29,929 nucleotides of DNA from a bacterium (lineage in GTDB: Bacteria > Arandabacterota > Arandabacteria > Arandabacterales > JALGWA01). The stretch spans positions 1-29,929 of the forward strand of contig JASFEA010000019.1 of assembly GCA_050125095.1 (NCBI GenBank), read 5' to 3'. Below are positions 8,810 through 17,803 of the stretch, one piece after another. The translations under genes were made by a program, and so were the position numbers. The first letter of the stretch is position 1. Each line of letters starts with the position of its first letter. The notes beneath the pieces were generated by a model, which did no database searches, was not told where the DNA came from, and saw nothing but the letters and a program-made list of their open reading frames with translations.

Positions 8810-9484
8810 CTAGCCCTCAGCGGGATTCTGCTCCTGGTCGAAATGATGCTTTATAACGGTGCCTTCGACCATGAAAATGGTGTCTTCGCAGATATTGGTG
8901 GAAAGGTCCGCAATGCGCTCGAGATTCCCCGAGATCCGTATGAGGTGAAGCGAGCGCTCTATCGTCTTGGGGTCGGCGGCCATGAATGTCACGAGCTCCC
9001 TCATCACCTGCATGGCAAGGGCGTCGACTTCGTTGTCGCGCTCGCAGACGCTCCTCGCCAACCGCACGTCCTCCTCTACAAAGGCGACTATGCTGTCCTT
9101 GAGCATCCCTATCGTCACCTTCGCCATACGCGGAATATCGATATAGGGTTTTACCAGCGGCCTCTCAATAAGGTAGGTGGCGCTCTGCGCTATATTGACG
9201 GCGTGGTCTCCCATTCTCTCAAGGTCATTATTCATTTTCATCATCATGAGTATAGTGCGGAGGGCCTTGGCGCGCGGTTGGAACTGCGCGATAACCTCCG
9301 TGCAGAGCTCGTCGATCTCGATCTCGATCTGGTTGGCCCGGTGCTCGTCCTTCTCGATTACCTCAATCAGGAGATCGTGGTCTTTCCTCATAAGCCCGTT
9401 CACCGCTTTTTCTATCATGCTCTCGGCCAGCCCTGCGTATTCGACGAGCTCCCGCTTGAGATTTGTCATTCTATCATCCAGCAT
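8810..9484 (-). CDS. phoU: Phosphate signalling complex protein PhoU
   Basis: Two PhoU repeats (DLERMGDHAVNIA; NLERIADLSTNICE); follows pstB. Confidence 0.96.
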   Translation of the reverse strand: MLDDRMTNLKRELVEYAGLAESMIEKAVNGLMRKDHDLLIEVIEKDEHRANQIEIEIDELCTEVIAQFQPRAKALRTILMMMKMNNDLERMGDHAVNIAQSATYLIERPLVKPYIDIPRMAKVTIGMLKDSIVAFVEEDVRLARSVCERDNEVDALAMQVMRELVTFMAADPKTIERSLHLIRISGNLERIADLSTNICEDTIFMVEGTVIKHHFDQEQNPAEG

Positions 9485-9493
9485 TCAACTCTC

Positions 9494-10252
9494 CTAGCCG
9501 AACTTGCCTGTCAGGTATTCCTCGGTGCGTTTATCCTCAGGCACGGTGAAGAGCTTCTCGGTCGGCCCGAACTCGATGAGCTCTCCCAGATAAACGAATG
9601 CCGTGAGGTCCGAAACCCTAGCAGCCTGAGCCATGTTATGCGTAACGAGCATTATAGTCACGTCCTTTTTGAGCTCGAATATCAGCTCTTCAATGCGCGA
9701 CGTGGCCTTGGGGTCCAGCGCCGATGTCGGTTCGTCGAGCAGCAGGATCTCGGGCTCCATCGCCAGCGCGCGCGCTATACAGAGCCTCTGCTGCTGGCCC
9801 CCCGACAGGAATGTGCCCTTACGGTGAACCGAATCCTTGACCTCATCCCAGAGTGCCGCCTTCACCAGCGACTCCTCGACTATCCTGTCCTGGCGGCTCT
9901 TCTTGAGCTTTATGCCGTTGAGTTTGTAGCCCGCGATGACGTTGTCGTAGAGGCTCATGGTCGGAAACGGGTTGGGTTTCTGAAAAACCATGCCGATCTT
10001 ACGGCGCACGATGATGGGATTCATTCTCTGCACGTCATCTTCATTAAGCAGTATCCGTCCCGTCGTACTCGCCCCCGGGACCAGCTCGTGCATCCGGTTG
10101 ACGCAGCGTATCAGCGTGGTCTTGCCGCAACCCGAAGGCCCCATGATAGCAGTGGCCTTGTTCTTCGGAATCGACAGATTGACTTCGCGCAGTATCTGCT
10201 GGTCTCCGAAGAAAGCGCAGAGTTTCTCTGTTCTTAGAACTGTATCTTCCAT
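9494..10252 (-). CDS. pstB: Phosphate ABC transporter ATPase
   Basis: [49 protein letters not shown]. Confidence 0.97.
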   Translation of the reverse strand: MEDTVLRTEKLCAFFGDQQILREVNLSIPKNKATAIMGPSGCGKTTLIRCVNRMHELVPGASTTGRILLNEDDVQRMNPIIVRRKIGMVFQKPNPFPTMSLYDNVIAGYKLNGIKLKKSRQDRIVEESLVKAALWDEVKDSVHRKGTFLSGGQQQRLCIARALAMEPEILLLDEPTSALDPKATSRIEELIFELKKDVTIMLVTHNMAQAARVSDLTAFVYLGELIEFGPTEKLFTVPEDKRTEEYLTGKFG

Positions 10253-11085
10253 CTTCTCGCCACCGTTTTAGCTACCAAGTTCATCAGCAGCACAAAAACG
10301 ACTAACACAAACGAGGCCCCCCACGCAAGCGTATGCCAGTCGGGATACGGGCTCGTTGCGTAGTTGAAAATCAACAGGGGCAGTGAGTTCATAGGTTTAA
10401 GCACGTTATATTCCGTGAAGGGGCTCCCGAAAGCCGTAAAGAGAAGGGGCGCCGTCTCGCCGGATATCCTCGCCACGCTGAGGAGAATGGCTGTGAGAAT
10501 TCCGCTTAAGCCCGCGGGCAGTATGACCTTGAGGACGGTCCTGTAGTAGGGGACGCCCAGCGCCAGCGAGGCCTCTCTGAGAGTCGCGGGGATGAGCTTC
10601 AGCGTCTCCTCAGTTGACCTTACTACGACGGGGAGCATCATTATGCCCAGGGCCGCGCCTCCCGAGAGCGCGGAGAATCCGCGCATCGGCACTACGATCC
10701 AGAGGTAGGCGATTATGCCTATTACAATCGATGGTATCCCCTGCAGCACTTCAACCACAAGCCTGACCAGATATGCGAGTCTGGATTTCCCGTGCTCCGA
10801 GAGGAAAATGCCTGCCGCGATGCCGACGGGCACTGCCATGGCGCATGCCAGCAGTATAAGCATGCCGGTGCCGACAAGCGCGTTTGAGATTCCGCCGCCG
10901 AGCTCCCCGACGGGCGCCGGGAGGCTGGTGAAGAATCCCCAGTTGATGGCCGAGATCCCCTTCCGTCCGATGTAATAGAGTATGAGAAACAGGGGAACCA
11001 GCGACACGAAGGACAGCAGGATCACGACTCCCGTGAAGAACCTGTCCTGCAGTATTCTCGCGTAAACACCCCTATCTTCCTTCAT
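10234..11085 (-). CDS. pstA: Phosphate ABC transporter permease PstA
   Basis: [20 protein letters not shown] loop, [13 protein letters not shown]; overlaps pstB by 19 nt. Confidence 0.95.
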   Translation of the reverse strand: MKEDRGVYARILQDRFFTGVVILLSFVSLVPLFLILYYIGRKGISAINWGFFTSLPAPVGELGGGISNALVGTGMLILLACAMAVPVGIAAGIFLSEHGKSRLAYLVRLVVEVLQGIPSIVIGIIAYLWIVVPMRGFSALSGGAALGIMMLPVVVRSTEETLKLIPATLREASLALGVPYYRTVLKVILPAGLSGILTAILLSVARISGETAPLLFTAFGSPFTEYNVLKPMNSLPLLIFNYATSPYPDWHTLAWGASFVLVVFVLLMNLVAKTVARRWKIQF

Positions 11086-12110
11086 GCCGGCTCCACGCTC
11101 GTGCGTTTGATTATCTGCCTGCCGACAACGCTTATTATCGTACTCACCAGGAAGAGCAGCAGGCCGATCTCTACAAGCGCCGACAAGTACACGGCCTCCG
11201 TCGCTTCCGCGAATTCATTTGCTATAACGCTCGCCATGGTGTTCGCTGGGGCGAACAGGCTCCTGGGAAGGAAATTCGAGTTCCCGATTACCATGGTAAC
11301 CGCCATGGTCTCGCCCAGGGCGCGCCCCAGCGCAAGCAGAACGCCGGCAAGTATGCCGGACCGCGCGTACGGGAGCACCACTCTCCTTATCACCTCATAG
11401 CGAGTCGCTCCGAGGGACAGGGCCGCCTCCTTCTGGTCGGCGGGGACGAGCTGTATGACCTCCCGTCCCAACGACGCCGAGTAGGGGATGATCATGATCG
11501 CCAGCACGACCGAAGCGGTGAAAATGCCCACGCCATAGGGCGGTATTCCAAGCTTCATCTGCAGCGCCCTTACCACGGGAACGAGCACGAACAGTCCCCA
11601 GAAGCCGTATATCACCGAGGGAATTCCCGCCAGCAGGTCTACGGAGCTCTTTAGGAAGGACGATAGCGGGCCTTCCCTGAAATACTCCCCAAGGTAGATG
11701 GAAATCGCCAGGGAGAAGGGAATGGATATCGCGAGGGCCAGGAATGACGTGAGCAGCGTCCCCAATATGAAGGGGAGCGCGCCCAGCTCTCCCGTAACCG
11801 GATTCCATGTGGTCCCGTAAAGGAAGCCGACGCCGAGCTCTTTGATGGCCGGCATCGAATGGACAACCAGGGTCAATAAAACAGCCACCAGGAGCCCAAG
11901 AACGGTCCACGCCGCCACTTTCAGAACGCGTCCAAAGGTGACTTCCGAAGACGCCAGCTTCTTATGGCCCCGGGCGGTACGCGGTATGAGCAGCCGCATG
12001 GGATTGAACGGAGAGACAAAAGGCGTCCTCTTTGAGAGCTCCTCCATTCTCTCGGGCGGGATCCCTCTGCGTGCAGCCGGGCTCTCCCGCGGGTCCGGCG
12101 AGCTCCTCAT
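11082..12110 (-). CDS. pstC: Phosphate ABC transporter permease PstC
   Basis: LAGIPSVIYGFWG, KEAALSLGAT, GRALGETMAVTMVIGN, IANEFAEA. Start uncertain (12110 chosen). Confidence 0.93.
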   Translation of the reverse strand: MRSSPDPRESPAARRGIPPERMEELSKRTPFVSPFNPMRLLIPRTARGHKKLASSEVTFGRVLKVAAWTVLGLLVAVLLTLVVHSMPAIKELGVGFLYGTTWNPVTGELGALPFILGTLLTSFLALAISIPFSLAISIYLGEYFREGPLSSFLKSSVDLLAGIPSVIYGFWGLFVLVPVVRALQMKLGIPPYGVGIFTASVVLAIMIIPYSASLGREVIQLVPADQKEAALSLGATRYEVIRRVVLPYARSGILAGVLLALGRALGETMAVTMVIGNSNFLPRSLFAPANTMASVIANEFAEATEAVYLSALVEIGLLLFLVSTIISVVGRQIIKRTSVEPA

Positions 12111-12242
12111 CTCCCCTGCCTTTTGCTGCTTGTCTCTCAGGGATTCGCCTGGTAGCATACAAGCACCTTCTATGTGTAATCGAACAAGGCCACTGAGGCC
12201 GGCCGCCGTTCGGCATCCGGGGCAGAAAGACTTAACTCAGGC

Positions 12243-12276
12243 CCAGGCAGGGGAGGGCTCAGTCTCCCCCGCCTGG
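12243..12276 (-). terminator. Strong intercistronic stem-loop between pstS and pstC
   Basis: Minus strand CCAGGCGGGGGAG-ACTGAGCC-CTCCCCTGCCTGG, a 13-bp stem with one G-U pair; no adjacent U tract. Confidence 0.6.
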
Positions 12277-12310
12277 TGTTGCCCCGGCTTGCCTATGCAG
12301 AACGGGGCCT

Positions 12311-13354
12311 TTACCTTGCTATTGGCTTGCCTCCATACATTGTCGACTTTATGACCGCTTCGGCCTTCCTGACGGCCTCAACCGGCAGAGGCGCGTAATG
12401 CAGCGGCTCGGCCAGTTCCTGGCCTTCATGCGTCATCCACCAGACCAGGTCCATCAAACTCCGTGCCTTATCCATGCTTCTGCCGTCATATTCCTGTTCT
12501 CTATAGAATATCAGCCAGGTGAACCCGCTTATTGGGTAGCCTTCCTCGGCTCCGGTGTCAGTGATCGACACCCTGGTGTGGCCCGGAAGCTCTATGTCCG
12601 CAGCCAGGCTCACGGAATGGATCGACGGTTTGATGAAATTCCCGGACCTGTTCTTGATGTTCGCCACCGGCATATTGTTCGACACTGCGTAGATGAGCTC
12701 CACATAACCGATGGACCCGGGCAGCTGCTTTACCAGCCCGGCCACGCCGGGATTCCCTTTTGCCCCGAGCCCTGAGGGCCAGTTAAGCGATTTGCCCGTG
12801 CCCACGCCTTTCTTCCATTCCGGGCTCACCTTGCTGAGGTAGTCGCTGAAGATAAAAGTCGTCCCGCTGCCGTCCGAGCGGTGAACCACCACGATAGTCA
12901 TGTCGGGAAGCTCGACGCCCGGATTGGCCTTGCTGATGCGATCATCATTCCAGTTGGTCAGCTTACCCAGGAATATATCGGCAACCACATCGGGCGTGAG
13001 GTTGAGCGTCGGGTTGTCAGGCACGTTATAAGTCACCACCACTGCGCCCAGGCACGTGGGAACATGCAGGATCTCATTGTCCAGCTCCTTAAGGTCATCA
13101 TCGCTAATGAAGGCATCCGTGCCTCCGAAGTCCACGGTCTTGCTGAGGACCTGTCTGATCCCTCCGCCTGAACCGATAGCCTGGTAGTTGATCTTTATGC
13201 CCTCTTCCTTGTGATAGACGTCGAACATCTTGGAATAGAGCGGGTAGGGGAAGGTGGCGCCGGCCCCCAGTAATTCCTTGCTCGCGGCGAAACCCGGGCC
13301 GGCGCAACCCAGCGCCAGGACCGCCGCTACAGCAGCTGCCAGTATGTGTCTCAT
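12311..13354 (-). CDS. pstS: Phosphate ABC transporter substrate-binding protein
   Basis: Signal peptide; GAGATFPYP, GSGGGI, DFGGTD, HRSDGSGTT, GYPISGFTW. Confidence 0.97.
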   Translation of the reverse strand: MRHILAAAVAAVLALGCAGPGFAASKELLGAGATFPYPLYSKMFDVYHKEEGIKINYQAIGSGGGIRQVLSKTVDFGGTDAFISDDDLKELDNEILHVPTCLGAVVVTYNVPDNPTLNLTPDVVADIFLGKLTNWNDDRISKANPGVELPDMTIVVVHRSDGSGTTFIFSDYLSKVSPEWKKGVGTGKSLNWPSGLGAKGNPGVAGLVKQLPGSIGYVELIYAVSNNMPVANIKNRSGNFIKPSIHSVSLAADIELPGHTRVSITDTGAEEGYPISGFTWLIFYREQEYDGRSMDKARSLMDLVWWMTHEGQELAEPLHYAPLPVEAVRKAEAVIKSTMYGGKPIAR

Positions 13355-13366
13355 GTCATCCCTCCT

Positions 13367-14470
13367 TCAGAACTTGAATACACAGTCGAGCTGTAGAGTA
13401 TCGAGGGGATCTTCATCGCCCTCCAGCTTTCGAGCCCGATAGTAATCCAGTCCCAATATGACGCTTCTTGCCACTGCATATTCGAAAATGACCTCATGAC
13501 CGCTTACACCCGTGGAACCGCAATAGAAGTCCGAGTCCGGGAACACGTCCATGAATGCGTCTCTTTCGAGCCGCCTGTAGTTGTAGTACGCGGACCACGA
13601 ATTCCCGGTCTTGACTTTAGCGTGCCCGAATCTGAAACCGGCCAGAAAACCCGAGTCCTTCGAATCGAAGCTATATACATAGTCGCCGATAAAGGTGAGT
13701 GTGTACGGCGGCCCGTCCTCCCCGCCGACCCTATACGCGAGAACCAGGTTGGGACTCAGACTGTCGTAGTCGTATTTCAGGCGGCCGTCTACAAGCGTGT
13801 TCGTACCGGAACTGAGGTCCCCATCGGGAACCGATCCCTTCACGTTTTCGAATCCGTAGAAAGCGATTCCGAATTCGCCCGTGAAATCGCCCGCTGCCGA
13901 AAAACTCACGCCCGGCTGAACGTAAAACATATACTGGTCTTCCGAGCTGGACTTCTCTTCCTTAAGAACAAGGAATCCGGCGTTCGCCAGGCCCCCGATT
14001 CCGCCCGCGGGCGGGCGCTTCCAGAGAGCGGAAGCCCCTTCGAAGTTGATGTCCCCGTCCCAGATCAGGTCGTCCACCACCAGAAAGGCATTTCGGTACT
14101 TGCCGAGAACCAGGCCGACCTCCTCCGTCGCCTGCCAGGCGGCATATGCCATATCCAGCCTGATATCCTTGGTTACAAAAAAATCGCCGAGGGTCTGGTT
14201 GGTAGACCTGTTGTCGGTCTGGCCGCTGGCCATTCTGATCCCGACGCTCACCCTGTCATTCAGCGCCGTCTCGAAGCCGAACCGCAGCCTACCGCGAGCC
14301 CGGTGCCGCTGTGTTGACGTCTGCACCTCTGACAAATGGTCATACTGATAACGCAATCTCAGATCGCCTTTGAATTCAGTGTCCTCGAACGAGAATGCGA
14401 AGCAAGTCTCCCCCAGGATCGTCAAAGCCAAAACCGGAATGATATATCTAAAATTCGACCCCCGAGCCAT
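13367..14470 (-). CDS. Putative outer-membrane porin
   Basis: ATG 14470 with AAGGAGG RBS; signal peptide; FKGDLRLRY, RARGRLRFG, RSTNQTLG, LIWDGDINFEG; amphipathic strands; terminal Phe (LQLDCVFKF). Confidence 0.85.
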   Translation of the reverse strand: MARGSNFRYIIPVLALTILGETCFAFSFEDTEFKGDLRLRYQYDHLSEVQTSTQRHRARGRLRFGFETALNDRVSVGIRMASGQTDNRSTNQTLGDFFVTKDIRLDMAYAAWQATEEVGLVLGKYRNAFLVVDDLIWDGDINFEGASALWKRPPAGGIGGLANAGFLVLKEEKSSSEDQYMFYVQPGVSFSAAGDFTGEFGIAFYGFENVKGSVPDGDLSSGTNTLVDGRLKYDYDSLSPNLVLAYRVGGEDGPPYTLTFIGDYVYSFDSKDSGFLAGFRFGHAKVKTGNSWSAYYNYRRLERDAFMDVFPDSDFYCGSTGVSGHEVIFEYAVARSVILGLDYYRARKLEGDEDPLDTLQLDCVFKF

Positions 14471-14508
14471 AGGCAAGCCTCCTTGTTCTGCTGTGCGTTC
14501 GTATGACG

Positions 14509-14850
14509 CTACCGGTTCCCGGCAGCACCTATCAAGCGCACGGGCCGCATGCCGTTTTCCGGCGAATCTGAGCCGGCGACCCCGTGTTCCTCGATCACCT
14601 CCCGGGCATTTGCCCTGTACCAGGCGCATGCCCTGTGCAAATGACTCCGGCAGTAGTTCTGTTCTTCGAAGGCCGACGGAACCGCCACCCGGCCCATGTA
14701 GGCCCTGCAGTAATTCCGCGATCTTCCCTTCCTTAAGTTAGGACAGCCGAAGCCGCCCTGGCAGATACCTTTAGCTTCCGAATTGACAGCACGAGGGGAT
14801 GATGAGTTCCCCACCAGTTGCCGTGTGCGCTCTTCCGTGAAACCAATCAT
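14509..14850 (-). CDS. Small Cys-rich hypothetical protein, probable first gene of the pst operon
   Basis: CPNL-x7-YCRAY-x6-PSAFEEQNYC-x4-H-x2-CAWY pattern; lies between the Pho-box promoter and the porin on the same strand; AAGGAAG upstream. Confidence 0.6.
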   Translation of the reverse strand: MIGFTEERTRQLVGNSSSPRAVNSEAKGICQGGFGCPNLRKGRSRNYCRAYMGRVAVPSAFEEQNYCRSHLHRACAWYRANAREVIEEHGVAGSDSPENGMRPVRLIGAAGNR

Positions 14851-14961
14851 CCTGGGTAAGCTTCCTTTGCGTTCAGTCCACGTTTCGCCACTTCACGAAC
14901 ACTAGAGAGAACTCATGATCCCCTGGCACCTGTTCGAACGCCAGCCAGGATATCCGACATA

Positions 14962-15015
14962 ATTGTAGTGGGGCAGGGTTAAGACCGTATAAAGGAAGTG
15001 TTAATTTTGGGTTAA
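14962..15015 (-). promoter_or_regulatory. Pho-box promoter of the porin-pstSCAB-phoU operon
   Basis: Minus-strand repeats TTAAC(15015), TTAAC(15004), TTTAT(14993), TTAAC(14982) at 11-bp period, then 10 nt, then TACAAT (14967-14962). Confidence 0.85.
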
Positions 15016-15028
15016 GATGCCTGGCCCG

Positions 15029-16759
15029 TTATGAGGCAGCCGGGAGGATTATCTTGAAGGCGGTTCCGCCGGCGGGCACTGCGGTGACGGATATCTCTCC
15101 GCCGTGCATAAGCACGATGTGCTTGACTATGGAAAGCCCCAGGCCCGTGCCGCCGACTTTCCTTGAGCGGGACTTGTCGACAACATAGAAACGCTCGAAT
15201 ATCCGGGTCCTGTGCTCCTCCGGTATCCCGATCCCCGTATCGCTTACCGTTGCGGTCACGGCGCCGCCTTCGACGTCTATTAGAATGGTTATTCCCCCCG
15301 CCTCCGTATACTTGATCGCGTTGTCGATGAGATTGACGAAGACCTGCTGGAGCTTGTAGGAATCGCCCATTACCCGCGGGACGTCTTCCGCGGCACTAAT
15401 CCTTATGCTGAGATGCTTGTCCCTGAGACGGCGTTCGAATATGGTGGCGACATTCCTGACGACCCCCTCGAGATCGACCTCTTCCGGCTCAATCTCGCTT
15501 CCGCGATCCTCAAGCTCGGACAGGTTCAGCAGGTCTTCGACTATGTCGGCAAGACGGTCTGTATGCCGCTTCACTATGTCCAGGTAGTGCCCGGCTTCGC
15601 CGGCAACTTCGTCGCTGGCGGCCTCGAGGAAGCCCTTTATGGCTGTCAAGGGGGTACGAAGTTCGTGAGAGAGGTTCACCACGAAGTCCTTCTTCACTCT
15701 CTCGACACCTCTTATCTCCGTAATGTCGTGGAACCACACCACTACCTCGTCCTGGGCCTCCACATATGAGGCTCCGCATGAGTAGATCTTCCCCTCGTGG
15801 CGGATCTCGCCGACCACGCTTTTTTTCTCCGCGCTTGCGGTCTTGACGAGGTCGCCGAAATCAGCCGCCCGCAGCACTTCCCAGTAGAACTTGCCGTCAA
15901 CCTCTTCTTCCCCCGATATGCTGCGGAATGCGTCATTACTCAGGATCACCCTCCCGTCAGCATCGAGAACAGCCAGGCCGTCCCTTATGGACGAGATTAT
16001 GCCGGCCAGCTCCTCTTGCCTGCGCGATAGTTCGCCGAAAAGCTGCTGTATCTGCCCGGTCATGACATTGAAACTGTCTCCAAGCTCGCGCAGTTCATCC
16101 CGGCCGCTCAGTATCACCCTGGTATCGAGGTCGCCGCCGGCCACGCTTCGCGACGCCTCTATAAGGTCTCTGACCGGCCGTGACAGGGTTGCGGAGAATA
16201 CAAAAGCGCCGACGAGCGAAATGACGAGGGAGATTATCGCAATGGTGATGATCCGCTTCTCAAGGACCCAGAGGACCCGGTCTATTTCCGTCAGGAATCT
16301 GCTGATCCTCAGCACTCCTGTGATTTCACCGCCGATCGCGAGCGGCACCGCAACATAGTGCATGTCCGCGCCCGTCGTTCCACTGAACCGCGTCGCGCTG
16401 CCGACTTCACCCCTGAGCGCGCGCCTGATCTCGGGCCGGGCGGCGTGGTTTTCCATCTGCAGAGGGTCTTCCATCGAGTCCGCCAGCACGACGCCGGATG
16501 CGTCGATCACGGTTATCCTGGTTCCAGTCTCATCGCCGATGCGAGATACAACTCCATTCAGCTCGGCGAGATCACCGTCTTCCACCAGGGTAAGGATCTG
16601 GAGGCTGAACACCTTTCCGAGGTCGTAGAGATGGGCCGTCAGGGTCTCCACATAGTGGTCGCTCATCGTGTCTATTGAGTAGATGAGAACTGTGCTGAGT
16701 AGGACTATGGCCAGCACCGCGTACCAGAAGAAGGCCTTGAAGAAAATGGTGATTTTCAT
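15029..16759 (-). CDS. phoR: Phosphate regulon sensor histidine kinase (2 TM, extracytoplasmic sensor, HAMP, PAS, HisKA, HATPase)
   Basis: MENHAARPEI sensor domain, NLSHELRTPLT, NLIDNAIKYT, DTGIGIP, RIFERFYVVDKSRSR, GGTGLGLSIV; adjacent to pst genes. Confidence 0.93.
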   Translation of the reverse strand: MKITIFFKAFFWYAVLAIVLLSTVLIYSIDTMSDHYVETLTAHLYDLGKVFSLQILTLVEDGDLAELNGVVSRIGDETGTRITVIDASGVVLADSMEDPLQMENHAARPEIRRALRGEVGSATRFSGTTGADMHYVAVPLAIGGEITGVLRISRFLTEIDRVLWVLEKRIITIAIISLVISLVGAFVFSATLSRPVRDLIEASRSVAGGDLDTRVILSGRDELRELGDSFNVMTGQIQQLFGELSRRQEELAGIISSIRDGLAVLDADGRVILSNDAFRSISGEEEVDGKFYWEVLRAADFGDLVKTASAEKKSVVGEIRHEGKIYSCGASYVEAQDEVVVWFHDITEIRGVERVKKDFVVNLSHELRTPLTAIKGFLEAASDEVAGEAGHYLDIVKRHTDRLADIVEDLLNLSELEDRGSEIEPEEVDLEGVVRNVATIFERRLRDKHLSIRISAAEDVPRVMGDSYKLQQVFVNLIDNAIKYTEAGGITILIDVEGGAVTATVSDTGIGIPEEHRTRIFERFYVVDKSRSRKVGGTGLGLSIVKHIVLMHGGEISVTAVPAGGTAFKIILPAAS

Positions 16760-17436
16760 TCTTCGAACTTGTACCCCACGCCCCTTACATTCTTGATGAG
16801 TCTCGCGCCCTTTCCCAGCTTCTCCCTGAGATGCCTTACATGCACATCAACCGTCCTGTCCAGAACCGCTTTCTCATGCCCCCACAGATGATCCAGAATC
16901 TCATCCCTGCTGAAAACCCTCCCCTGCCTGGACGCCAGAAGCGAGAGTATCTTGAACTCGGTCGTTGTAAGGTTCACCTTCTTGCCGTATACCTTGACCT
17001 CGTGGCGATCCGGGTCGATCCGCAGCGTATTGCCCAGGGAGATCGCCTTTGTCTTATGCCTGCTCTCGTCTCTTCGCAATATCGCCTTGACCCTCGCCAC
17101 GAGCTCTCTGGCTGAGAACGGCTTGGTGACATAGTCATCCGCCCCGAACTCGAGACCCAGCACCTTGTCAGTCTCGCCGGTCTTGGCGCTGAGAATGATG
17201 ATCGGCACGCCGGCCGTGCTCTCATTTCTCTTCATGTGCTTGCATATGTCCATGCCGTCCATGTCCGGAAGCATAAGGTCGAGAATCACAAGGTCTGGGA
17301 TTCTCCTCTCGAGGAACTTCAGGAAAGCCCCCGCGTCCGTAAAGCCCCTGGCCTCATAATTGGCTTTCTTGAGGTTGACTGTCACCAGCTCAACCAGGTC
17401 GGGTTCGTCGTCCACGATCACAATCAATTGGCTCAC
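16756..17436 (-). CDS. phoB: Phosphate regulon response regulator (PhoB/PhoP, OmpR family)
   Basis: GTG start at 17436; IVDDE, LDLMLP, GADDYVTKPF, RTVDVHVRHLREKL winged helix; 4-nt overlap with phoR. Confidence 0.9.
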   Translation of the reverse strand: MSQLIVIVDDEPDLVELVTVNLKKANYEARGFTDAGAFLKFLERRIPDLVILDLMLPDMDGMDICKHMKRNESTAGVPIIILSAKTGETDKVLGLEFGADDYVTKPFSARELVARVKAILRRDESRHKTKAISLGNTLRIDPDRHEVKVYGKKVNLTTTEFKILSLLASRQGRVFSRDEILDHLWGHEKAVLDRTVDVHVRHLREKLGKGARLIKNVRGVGYKFEE

Positions 17437-17494
17437 TTCTGCCCGTCCTCTCTGCTCGAGCGGGGCGGGGAGCATCCGGTCCCCACCGGCACTC

Positions 17495-17522
17495 ATTATA
17501 TTTGATCAAGCGGGATTTACAA
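17495..17522 (-). promoter_or_regulatory. Sigma70-type promoter of phoBR
   Basis: Minus strand TTGTAA (17522-17517), 16 nt, TATAAT (17500-17495). Confidence 0.5.
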
Positions 17523-17660
17523 GTGGCAGGTTACAATGAACGCGCCCCAAAGGAAGCCGGGCGGAAGCGCCCGATGGGCCACCTTCTTCCCCCGACGACG
17601 GCCCGGAACCCCGTTAACGGCGACCATGGCGCCCGGTACTCCAGAGCCGGTCGGGGCCGG

Positions 17661-17789
17661 CTATCTACGGACCGTGGCGCGCAATATGAGTATCCCACCG
17701 TCGATCAGCGCCGTACCCAGCAACAGGGCCGCCCTGCTGAACGCCAAAGCTACCCTCTGACGTACGAGCGCCAGAGCTACTGAGGACAT
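17661..17789 (-). CDS. 42-aa small hydrophobic protein (below the ORF-track cut-off)
   Basis: Hand-translated MSSVALALVRQRVALAFSRAALLLGTALIDGGILILRATVRR*; GGAGGT RBS 6 nt upstream; starts 14 nt after the TPR gene stop. Confidence 0.55.
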   Translation of the reverse strand: MSSVALALVRQRVALAFSRAALLLGTALIDGGILILRATVRR

Positions 17790-17803
17790 ACCCCTACCTC
17801 CGG

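Noticed and set aside
8843-10237. 464-aa plus-strand ORF
   Set aside because: Antisense to phoU/pstB; no independent features.
17536-17760. 74-aa plus-strand ORF
   Set aside because: Its 3' half is the antisense of the better-supported 42-aa minus-strand ORF, which has a strong RBS.
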